Assembly (NCBI GenBank): GCA_002245135.1
Contig: NGBS01000335.1
Span: 1-56,080, forward strand
Direction of reading: 5' to 3'
DNA length: 56,080 nucleotides
Source: Proteromonas lacertae
Lineage: Eukaryota
Part shown: positions 26,101 to 37,800 of the stretch, in pieces
Layout of the letters: each line of letters starts with the position of its first letter
Position numbering within the stretch: position 1 is the stretch's first letter
Notes under the pieces: model-generated
The model's database searches: none
Told to the model about the DNA's origin: nothing
The model's input: the letters and a program-made list of their open reading frames with translations, nothing else
Position numbers and translations under genes: made by a program

Positions 26101-28958
26101 CTATAACTAAAATATCTACAATTGATCAATACTACAATAGAACAGATGAAATATGTATGAGATATTATTTTAATGGATATTTACAACCAAAAGAGAAATG
26201 TTTAAATTTCACAATACCAATTGAGCATAAATTCCAACCAACTCTTCCTCCACCTCCATTAATATCATCAGATTTACCATACTACCATGTGGAAGTTAAT
26301 AAAAAAATTGAAGAAATATTTACTGAATCAATTTCTGCTGTTCAAACTGTAAATGAACAAGCTAAAGAATTGAATTTCAAACCCTCAATAAAGAATCACA
26401 TAAAGATCGAAAATACTATTACAAGGAGTAAAGAGAATGATGTTAATTCGCTTCCATATGCTTCCTCATCAACCACTGAAGCTTTTAAAGATACTATGAA
26501 GAAAATTAAGGATGGTATAATTTCATTTACAGAAACTCATTCAATAAAAATGGAAGAATATAAAATGCCAGAAATAGAAAGTGTGACAAAAATAGATTTT
26601 GGTAATAATGAATTGAATTTACATTATTCATCATTTAATGATGGAGGAAGATTATTATTAGAAGAAAAAGATGATGGATATTCGATGAGATTATTTGGTG
26701 ATTTGAATCATGTGGAGATTAAAAATGTAGAAATAAATATATATATGAAAGGTAATACAAATGAGATAATAATAAAAGAATGTGGTGTATTTGGTTCATT
26801 AAATAATTCTATATTGAAAAATATAAAACTAAGATTCTATAATGATATTAGATTTGATTGTAAAGATAAGTCTGCATCTAATGGATTATTGAGTGGTAAA
26901 AGTGAAAATGTGACACTTGAGAATATTGAGATAGAATTCTATAAAGATAATATAAGAACCATAGCAATAGAAAATAAAGCTTCAAATATATTTGGAATGA
27001 TAGTTGGTGAAGGAAATGATATTAGAATGATAAATTGTAATGTATTTGGTGATATAATGACAGTGATAAATAATGGAAATAAGAAGGATGATGATGATGA
27101 TAGCTATGTGTTTGGTGGATTAATAGGAAAATGTGAAGGAAATTGTGAAATAGATCAAATCATATATTCAAGTGAATAATATTCTATTGTATCAAAATAT
27201 GATATTTGGTGGCATAGTTGGTTCATTGAATGATGAAAAGTGTAATGAAGATAAGTGATTCATTTGTGTATATTGAAGATGGTTTAAGAATAGGTGTAGA
27301 TCAAAATCAAGATGAATTTGTCTATGGAAGTTTTATTGGAGATACAAAGAAATGTAAAGAAGTTGTAATAGATAATAGTTGGACAATCTTTATAACAATG
27401 GGAATAGAAATAAATACAACAACAACCAATTTTGGTGGAATGATAGGAAGAATAGGTGAAATTAGTGGTGAAAATACTATAACCATAACAAATTCTTCAA
27501 TGCAAATGCCTATTGGTCATAATACATTTAAATTTATGAATGGAGATAAAATTAATGAAAAACCAAACATTGGTTATATATTTGGAAGTGAAACTAATAT
27601 CAAGAGTATTTATATGCATCATACAATGGCTTATGTAGAATCATGTAATCCAAATTCTAATTGTATATCTCCTCAAATGTCTTATCAACCATCTGGAAAA
27701 TATCCAAGTAAATCTAGTAGAAGAATATTAACTCCAACAGAATATAATTATTGTAGTGGTTCTGGAGCACTACCTAATAATATCTTTGCAACTCTAGAGG
27801 GACAAGGAAATGACTTTTGTAATTCATTAGATAAAACAACATGTGAAGGATATAATGGAATATGTTATGATGCATATTCTTTTAGTCCATGTAAATTACC
27901 AAAACAAAAGAATGAATTGATATTATCCAAAGATCCGATATACATATCAAAGAGTAAAAAATGTACGAAGAGTTGTAAAGGACATGGAGTGTGTGTATAT
28001 GGAGAATGTCGATGTTTTCCAGGTTTTACTTCGTTTGATTGTAAATTAAGAACATGTCCATATGGAAGTCCAATTTCTAATCCATCAAATGAATATGAGA
28101 AAGATAATAGATTATATTATGAATGTTCCAATCAGGGAAAATGTAATAGAGAGAGTGGATTGTGTGAATGTTTTAATGGATTTGAAGGAAATGCTTGTCA
28201 AAGAACAAAATGTCCAAATGAATGTAATAATCATGGAGTTTGTATGACATTAAGTGAAGCTATACTATTGAAAGATAATAATGATTATGATGTTAAATAT
28301 TTGAAGAAATATGAAAAATGGGATAAAGAATCAATTCAAGTATGTGTTTGTGATAAAGAATATCAAGGAGTTGATTGTTCAATGCGAAAATGTCCTTATG
28401 GTTATGTTGCTGATAGTGAATGTGATTCTTTACCACAAAGTGAAATAACAATTACATATAAACCAAAAACCCAATTTGATAGTAATTATAACAAAATTTA
28501 TGTGAAATATACAGATCCATTTGGTAGAATATGGTTTACAAAAATATTCGGTATAAACAAAAGAGAAGAATGGTTAAATGCTTTAGGATCTTTACCTCCA
28601 GATACGATATCAATAGATGAAGTGAAAATGGAAGATGAAAATGAAGAAATTAAAATATCTATTGCATTTTCCAAGCATCAAACAGGAAGACAATATCCAT
28701 TAGAAATAATCGGAAGTAAAGAAATGAAAGAGATTGTTGAATTACAAGATAAAGTGAATGGATATTATCATTGGATAAATCCAAATTTGAGTGGAATACT
28801 TGATACAGATAATGCAGAATTGAGATATGAAATGGATTATACTCAAAGATCTGTAGAATGCTAGTAATAATGGAATTTGTAATACAAAGAGTGGAATATG
28901 TAATTGCTTTGATGGATATAAAGGAATTGCTTGTTCAGAAGTTGATGAAGTATTTTAA
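11107..28958 (+). CDS. Giant secreted/surface protein (~5,900 aa if repaired) with discoidin/galactose-binding-like, He_PIG Ig-like, PA14, Cys-rich and C-terminal EGF/mastigoneme-like modules; multiply frameshifted
   Basis: Signal-like MKILFILMIYILLYVFF at 11107; 2908-aa ORF 11441-20167 with LP.GL......G.ISG Ig repeats and PA14-like NGLIVKYF..FVAEYKGYI; eight further abutting + ORFs with the same modules; tail CSNNGICNTKSGICNCFDGYKGIACSEVDEVF* ends at 28958. Confidence 0.8.
27960..28958 (+). other. Sig1/Ocm1-type tubular mastigoneme-like module at the C-terminus of the giant protein
   Basis: CKGHGVC..DCKLRTCPYG..YYECSNQGKCNRESGLCECFNGFEGNACQR..CPNECNNHGVC..WD..CVCD..DCSMRKCP..YTDPFGRIWFT..ALGSLP..TGRQ, then a final EGF repeat; recognised from memory of the family layout. 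Confidence 0.7.
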
Positions 28959-29105
28959 ACCTACTTAATTATTATGAATTCTTGAATTAATTACTCTTTT
29001 TGAGTTATATATCACATATTTATTTGTTTAATTTCATAATCATCTTTATTATTTAAAATAAAAGAAATTACACTCAAGCCGAGTATTTTTGAATAATATA
29101 AAATA

Positions 29106-29959
29106 ATGAGATTCGAGGCAAATAATCGTTATTTTATTTTATTGATAATGTTTATTGTTGTATCTGCTATTTTACTGTATCTGCTATCACCCAGAGAAAA
29201 AGTTGAATATAGTGAGGTAATTCAATGTAAAATAAGAAGAAGAAATAGGATTGAAAATAAATATATGTGGAATAATGGTAATTTCATTGATTTAGGTGCA
29301 AATAATGGAGATTCCTTGATTTGGTTCTACAATTTACATATGCCTTATTTGAAGTATTTTGTTACCATATCCGAGAAGAACCACTAACATTACAAAGAAT
29401 TTTAATACTTTCATATTTGAAGCAAACCCAAATTTATGTGATACAATTCTTAGAACAGTTGAATTCATTAAAGCAACACACTGAATTAGTCAATTTTAAA
29501 ATATTTTGTCCAGTTATAGTAAGTACATATGAAGGAGTAGAAAAGATGACAATAGATGAAAATGATTACGCTTCATCGAAGTATTATGATACAAATAGCA
29601 ACATTAATGGAAAACGAAAAGTATACATGGTTCCTGTAATGAATTTTACCAAATTCTTAAAAGAGAATATACCACCTTATGATTTTAATGTAATGAAATT
29701 TGATGTTGAAGGTGAAGAAGATTTTATAATACCTGAATTGATGAGGACTAATTTATTATCAAAATTTGATGTATTATATTCAGAATTTCATTTGGGAGAT
29801 ACAAATAATCCTCTAAAAGAAAAAGCTCAACAAATATTCGAAGACTTTTTAAGATATAGTGCAGAGAATGGAATTGAGACATATGAAGAGAATAAAATAA
29901 GTGAATATCAATTGAGACACTATAATAGAATCTATGAAGATTTACTTGCTTGTAAATAA
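29106..29959 (+). CDS. FkbM-like (Methyltransf_21) SAM methyltransferase with an N-terminal membrane anchor; frameshifted
   Basis: FIDLGANNG, FEANP (third frame, about 29415-29430) and MKFDVEGEE..YSEFH; hydrophobic N-terminus. Confidence 0.8.
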
Positions 29960-30127
29960 TATTATAATTTATAAAATTGTACTAAATATTGAGTTTTATT
30001 AGACAGGTTGATTAACAATGCTTATGAAATAGATAATTGTTGAAAGCTGTAAATATAAATTATTAATCTTTATAGAAAATCCATATAATTTGATATTACT
30101 GATATATAGAGAATCTTTACATATCAA

Positions 30128-30215
30128 TTTTCGATTGAGTTTGAATCTATTTGTTTGCGTTATTTTATTTCTTCTATACCTGCTCCACATCATAATAATT
30201 ATAAAAAGAAAAGAA
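30128..30215. repeat. Diverged ~90-bp copy of the 5S rDNA downstream flank
   Basis: ttttcgattgagtttgaatctatttgtttgcgttattttatt..ctatacc..acatcataat matches about 40895-40980 and its inverted copy at about 45760-45845. Confidence 0.75.
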
Positions 30216-30392
30216 TGTATAAAGATATAACTCTATGCTCTGTTACGAACTAGAACATGATATGCAAAGTATGGTCTCATTCTATCTGAAGTAACAAAAA
30301 ACGAAAAAAAAATTCAAGCTGATTGAGACAGTATATAAGTTCTATTTGCAAAATAGATTGGAATTTTTATCAATTTTTCTAAAATTGAGATT

Positions 30393-33160
30393 ATGGAAGA
30401 ATATTTAAAAGTCAAATATGGGATTAATTGGAAAGTATGCGTATATATAAATAAAATATAGGGTTTGAAAATATTAAGAGAGAGTTCAACTGCTTTGAGT
30501 ATGAATGAAAGAAAATAATAGTGAAGTGTTGAAGATTTTTGATATAAGAAACATTAGAGGCTCTAATATAAAGTCATTTCTTAACAGTAATAGTTTGATG
30601 ACCGAAATGTGTCTTCCTTATATTATTCGATCAAAAATTGAAGTAAATATTACAATGCAGATGATATTCTTAGAAAGACAGTATTATTTAAAAGATTTAG
30701 AAGAGGTAATCAAGAAGAAGAAGAATTCTTTTTCAAGAAGTGATGTTTGTAGTGTAATATATAGTATCTGTGATATATTGATGATATTGAGTGAATATGA
30801 TGTAGTAGTAAAAAGTCTTAAAAGTAGTAATATTATATATGGAGAAGATGATGATATAAAAATATGTGATTTATTGGTAGATGAAGTAAGAAAAGAAGAA
30901 GATGTGAGAGTATATGATATAGCTTTTAAAAGCCCTGAAGAGTTGAATGGTTTAGAATGTAACGAGAGAAGTGTGATTTGGTCAATTGGATGTATAATGT
31001 ATGAAATGATGAATAATGAATTACCATTTAATGAAGATGATAATATGAATAAAATAAAAGAGAACATTATGAGATATATACAGTGTATTCAGGCAGTTGA
31101 TGATAATTTAACTAAAAATGTATTAGATAGAATGCTTGAAGTGAGAAATGAAGATAGATTGAGTTTAAAAGAGTTATACAAAGAAATGCTAAAAATTGTT
31201 GAAATATCCAAAGATGAAGAAAAGAATTTGATGATATGTAAAGAAAGAAAAGAATTATTATTAAATAATGATAAGATAATTATTACACTTCCAATAATAT
31301 ATCCATCCGATTATTATGTTAAAAACAATAAACATGAAAAAATGGATAGTATAATATTGATAATTGTTATTTATTTAAATAGAAATCGGAGATGATTTGA
31401 TGAGTATATACAATAATCAATCAAATGATAAAGTCTTATCAACACTATTAATGATGAAATTATGGAAAGGAGATTATAATTCAATAGAAAAGAAAATGAA
31501 ATTTCAAATTGATCATAAATGTCAAGAAAGAAAAGAACAATATTTAGATAAAATTATATTTAATATTGATGGGTGTAATGATAAAGAAGGATTATCAGTG
31601 AATTCTAAAAGTATATGTTTCTGTGAAGAAGGAATGAATTATTTTTTCAGATTATTGAAGTTAATAAATCCAAGAAAACTCTCGTTTTGTATAATCATTA
31701 CTTTTATTTATTTAGATGGTGTTAGTATTCCTAGTGCATCATCAATCCATGTTTGGAATATATTTTTATCAATTATCAAGCCTACAAGAATTAGATATGT
31801 CACATTGTAATCTTACATATTATTTTATTGAATCATTTATTGAATCAATTGAATATATGAAGTTAAAATATCTAAATCTTCAATGTATAGTTTATTCTTG
31901 TTATATGTTATATATTATATATTGAAATAGATAATGCTTTTAGTTTGAAGGGGTTAGAACTTTTAATTCCATATTTAGGTTTATTAATTAACAAAGATAA
32001 TGAGTTGATTATTAGAGAGATGAATTTAGATGATGAATCGATGATTTTATTATCTTCAGAGTTATATAAATATCCAAATCTTAAGAAAATAGATGTCAAA
32101 GAAAATAATAATATACATAGAAATGGATTAAAAGCATTATTCTCTAAATTTCCAATTTCCAATATATCATTTGATTTTAATGAAAGAAAAGATTTAATTG
32201 TTGATAAAGAGATTCCTGAGTTGATGAAATATGTAATAGAAGTAAGTTTAGGTAATAATATTATAAGTCTGAATGATGCTGAAATTGATGATGATATTTT
32301 CAAGTCATTCATTTCATTAAGATCAAGTGAATTAAGTGAAATAGAATGGTTAGATTTGAGAAGTATTATATGATATTTATATATTATTTAGATAATAAAT
32401 TAACATACAAAAGTATGGAGACATTGATAAACAATTTATCTAGTTTTTCAAAATTGAGATATATTCGTGTAGATGGAAATGAAATAGGTTTTTTAGGAAT
32501 GAAGATATTATCTCCTCATTTACATTTATTGTTGAATGATGAAAATAGAGTAAGTTGTTCAAGTATATTAACTGTTGTTAAAAATTGAATAGAAATGTGT
32601 TTATCTTCGATTGGATTGAAGTGCTTATTGGATGGTTTAAAGAGTATTAATGGAAAGCTAAACGTTGATGTAAGTGATAATAAAATTGATTCAGCAGGAA
32701 TAGAATATTTGATGAATTACATGAATGCAAATGACAAGATTGAGAGATTATTCATTCATGGTATATATATAATATTTGATAATTAGATAATCCAATTGGT
32801 AATTTTGGATTTAAAATGTTGTTGAACAAGTTAGAAATATTAAAGGATAGTGATAATATAGTGAATTTGAATAATATCTCAATAGATGATGATAGTGTAG
32901 AGTTATTAACTGAAAAAATAGATTCTATGGGAGTATGTAAGAAAATAAATCTAAATGGAAATAATAATATAAAAATGAATGGATTAAAATCAATTTGTTC
33001 CAAATCTTTAGAAGATGAAGAAAATCCATTTATAAAAATGAATTGCTCATCTTGGACAGAAGAAGAATTTAGATATTATTCAGATTATTGCGAAAAGAAA
33101 GTATTAAATTATTTTGATGATGATGATGAAATAGAGAATTGTTTTGCTTTATTTTCGTAA
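30393..33160 (+). CDS. Kinase-like (probable pseudokinase) plus RNI-like leucine-rich repeat protein, 7 introns
   Basis: KSLKSSNII, KICDL, SPEE, IWSIGCIMYEM, then LxLxxN repeats. Introns at 30435-30461, 31349-31382, 31689-31715, 31885-31930, 32363-32391, 32563-32592 and 32761-32786; the last six splice in frame. Residual frameshifts near 30500 and 31760. Confidence 0.85.
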
Positions 33161-33334
33161 TATGTTATTGAAACTGCTGCTGTTGCTATTTATACTTTTT
33201 TTCATAGTAGAATTATTAAATTACTTAAATATATTAGATATTTGAAAAGAAAATTATAAATACTTATTATGATTTAAATTATAATAATAATAATTATTAT
33301 TCCAGGGGTTATATAAATCGTTCATCATACAAGA

Positions 33335-34290
33335 TGTCCAGCTGGTTTCTATTGTCCAGGAGGTGATATTTTAGTAAATATAACATGTACAGTTGGTTAT
33401 TATTGTGTAGAAGGATTAGAAAATCCAGAAATATGTCCAAAAGGATTCTATTGTCCTTCAGGAAGTGGTAGATCTTACAAACCGTGTCCAATCGGTACAA
33501 TCGGAACAAGAGAAGGTTTAACCTCACAAACAGATTGTGATAATTGTCCATCCAGTTATTATTGTTCAGTAGAGAATAGTACAACTACAACAGGAAAATG
33601 TCATGCTGGTTCTTATTGTAAAGGAAATAATGAATATTCAACACCATGTGATAATGGAACATATCAAGATGAAAGAGGTCAATCATCCTGTAAGAACTTG
33701 TCCAGCTGGTTATTACTGTTTAAAGAATACAATCAAACCAATATTATGTCCAGCAGGTTATTATTATCCTGATAATACAAAGAATCCATATACATTCCCA
33801 TGTTCGATAGGTAAATATTCAGATGTAGAAGGATTGAAATTCAGAAGATCAATGTAAGAAGTGTTTACCTGGTTATGCATGTACAGTTAAAGGATTAAGT
33901 TATCCAAATGAATTATGTGGTGAAGGTCATTACTGTTAAGAAGGTGCTCAAATAACAACTCCAACAGATGGTGTAACAGGTGGTAATTGTGCAGCTGGTT
34001 TTGTATGTCATAGAGGTTCATCTGTTCCAAATCCATCAAACTCCAGTAGTTATGGTGAAGCCTTGTCCAAAAGGTCATTATTGTCCAGCAGGTTGTGGAT
34101 TTGCTTATGAAGGAGGAATAACAGATCCAGAACCTTGTCCTTTATACATTTTGTAATGAAACTGGTATTGCTTATGATATAGATTCCCCATGTCCTACTG
34201 GCTATTATTGCGAAGAAGTTGCTGATGAATTAATATATGTCCAGAAGGTTAATATTGTTCAGAAAGATCAGTTAATCAAAATCTTACCTG
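33335..34290 (+). pseudogene. Degraded Cys-rich GCC2/GCC3 (ephrin-receptor-like) repeat gene
   Basis: Repeated CPAGFYCP, CPKGFYCP, CPAGYYC and CPTGYYC motifs scattered over all three frames. Confidence 0.8.
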
Positions 34291-34819
34291 AAAAGAATGA
34301 AGAATGTGTATATATCGAAATTCAAGAGAGAAATTAGTTCAAATTTATAATTTTATTTTCTTTTTCTTACATATTGGATATATTAACTATTTTCAATTCT
34401 CATATATACTATTTATTAGACTAATCTAAGATATTGTGGTAATTATTTCATTCTTTCTATTCATTCAAATTGTTTATTTGGTGATGATGAAAGGTAGAGT
34501 ATCATAACACCTAAACAAAAAAAATAACTGAAAATTTGTTAAAAAAAATAACTTTGTATTCTTTTCCTTCCATATTAACAATATCAAATGGACTCAGTAT
34601 AATATTATTTAAATCAAGTAATATACATACAATTTCACTAAGTTTATCAAAATGCAATAACTGAACATAACTCAATTTTTTTGATATTTATAAGTAAAGA
34701 AATATACTGAACATTTGAATTCTATTTTCTTCTTTTTCTTCTATCACTAACTAGTTATATCTAGTTGTTTATAATTGTAGGACATATGCATGTTGAAATA
34801 ATAGATAAGATATTGAAGT

Positions 34820-37800
34820 GTGATTATTCTGACTGAACAATTTAGTGGTGATGTAAGGTATTTAAATAATCCTTTTTTTATTAAAAGAGAATGTTATACA
34901 AAAATTTACAATAAAATAAAGGAATATATGGCATTAAAGCATGGAATCCAAAAGAATTTCCTAGTTTATGGTAATAGTGGTATAGGTAAAACGTCTTTTT
35001 GCTTATATTTATGTAAAGAACTTCAGTATTTCAATGATGTTCAAGTAATATTCAGAAATTCTACTAACACATATTATTACAAAAGAGTAGGTGAGAATAG
35101 GTATAATGATGATGGAAATCTTCCAGAAAGACAGGTAAATAACAATAATCAAAAATCAATAATAATATGCGATGATATTCCAATTTCCAGAAGATGAGTA
35201 TAGTGAAGATGATGTGGTTATACTAGTGAGTGGTATGAAGTTGGAAAACTATAAAGTAATGCGTAGCAAGAGAGCTCCAATCCAGTTCAGTTTATTACCT
35301 TTCAATAATATAGAATTTGAATTATATAAAGGTTTTTTAATAACTACAGCAATGGAAATTGATCCTAATTATAAAGAAAAATATGGAGGAATTCCTGGTT
35401 TATTTCACATCAATCTTGAAGAAAAAATTAATGAATATAAAATGATTGATGTTTATGGTGGTATTCCTGCTAAATATAATGAATATATATATATTTATGA
35501 TGTTAAGAATGAGTTTGAAATTCCTCAGAAATTGAAGTTTATCTCAAATTATATTGAAGAGATGGTATCAAAGAAAATAATTATAGATGAAAACAATTAT
35601 AATATTTATCTTGCTCTTTTAACAGAAATAATTGAAGGAAAAAATGAAAAATAGGTTCAGAAAGGTGGATGGTATTATGAACATTTGGTATTATATCTGA
35701 AATCTTGTAATATTGAATCAAAAATAACTGAAGAATCACAATTGGATGGAATAGATAGAAGAAATTTACCATTATTCATTAATTGTTCATTTCAATCTAA
35801 TTTTCCATGTGTCGATGCAATAGAGATTAATAGAAAGTGTATAAATGGAATACAAGTAACTGTATCTGACCAACATAGCACTAAAGAATCTGTAAGTATT
35901 TTATTCAATGTGATATTTAAAGAAACATATAGAAAGAGAAAAGAAATCATCATAGCAATGTTTCAGAATAGAGAAATAGATGAACTTTCTGAAACTCTTT
36001 ATTATTTTGGAGTATATTAATTATCTAGTTTTTTATATTTTTATAGTATACACCATCTTCAATGATAGATCAAGCATTAAATATCCATATGAATAAAGTA
36101 AATGAATATCTACAAACTGAGTGGGAATTAAGATTTGGATTTAAAATACCTTTTTCATACAAATTATTCACAGATGCTAGTACAAATATTGATAATTGTG
36201 TAATAAGAATTATCAAATCAATAACAATAGAAAATATGAATAAAATCTTTGATAAAGATGAATTAGAAGATATTATTAAAGATATTGAATTTGTACCTAC
36301 TGAATTGAAAATTATCAATACTTACTATAATAAAGAAGAATTACAAGCATTAAAACAGATTAAAGCAAAGTGGGAAGATCCTGGAGTTAATAAAGTTAAT
36401 ATTACCACAAAAGATAAAAAAAAAATATCCAAAGAAATATTAGAATTTGAAGATAATAAAACAAAATGGGAAGAATATCAAAAAATAATAAACAGAAAAC
36501 CATTTGAAAATTATGAGAATAATAATGTTAAAATTATAATAAAAAAGAAAGTAGAGAAATTAATATTTGATGCAAAAGATTATGCTTATGACTGTTTTAT
36601 TCAGAATGAAATAGATAATGATATAAATAAAAAAAGAAGGTCAAATATAAAAGAAAGATGTGAGATAAGAAGAAATATAATGAAAAAGAATAAGGATATT
36701 ATTACAAAAATAATAAAAGAAGAAGTTCAAAAGGTGGAAAGTGATGATGAGTTAATTAATAAATACCTTAATGAAGATTATAATCCCAGATTTGTAATTA
36801 CAATGATAAGTCATAAATATGATGTGGCAATGAATATAGAAGATAGTTTTGAATTTAGTCAATATGGTGAAAATTTAAAAGGAAAAATGTCAAAATACAT
36901 AGAATATATTTATCCATCATATAATTCATTTGAAGATGATGAAAAAAAGAGAATAATGACAAACAAATTCAAAAGAGTGGAACAAGCTAATGAAATTATA
37001 TCATATATCGAATTAGAGAGAAGAAGAATAAACGATCTGACATTAAATGTTGGTAATATATATTATGAAGATGATAAGAAGAAAAAACTTGAATTTAATG
37101 AAGAAGAGTTAGGTATAACGAATGATTTGATAGAAGAATTAAAAAGTAATCAAAAAATGAAAAGGTTTTTGGATTCTAATTTTATATATTTAAATCCATC
37201 AAATATGATATGTAGATCATATAAAGAAGGTTTAGATAAGTTAAATGTGATTTTAAGTAATTATATTTCTCCAACAGCATTCTATACTCCAGATGGACAA
37301 AGAAGAAACTATTATGATTGTAGAAAGGATAATACAAAACCAATTCTAAGTCCATATTTATTGATTGAATTAGAAAATGAAAATAAAATAAATATTACCA
37401 TTAGAGATAAATTAGATCCTGATAATTTTGCATATGATAATTTGTGTGACTTAATTTTAAAAGCAAAAGATTATAAAGATGAAGTTTATAATGTTAAAGA
37501 AATTTTAACTTGTCCATATTGTTATGAGAATAATATAACGATAATTCCAAGAGAATGTGAATATATAAATGATTTTGACAATAGAAAATCATTTTATTGT
37601 TATTATTGTAAAATGAATGTATCATGCATACCTAAATTAGATGCTAAAGGTAAAACCGAATTGAGATATGTAGATGGTGGTGTTAATATATTATATAATA
37701 ATGAACTGAAAGAAAGTTATAAATACCGTGATGATATTCCACCTCCTCCTCACAATGCTACATCATCTTTTTCCTCTTCTGACGATGAAATTGAAACTGA

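Noticed and set aside
20165..35654. Stop-codon reassignment or readthrough (in-frame TGA 20165, TAG 35652, TAA 46177)
   Set aside because: Three different codons, each isolated; multi-kb AT-rich ORFs contain none; the TGA is explained by compensating indels.
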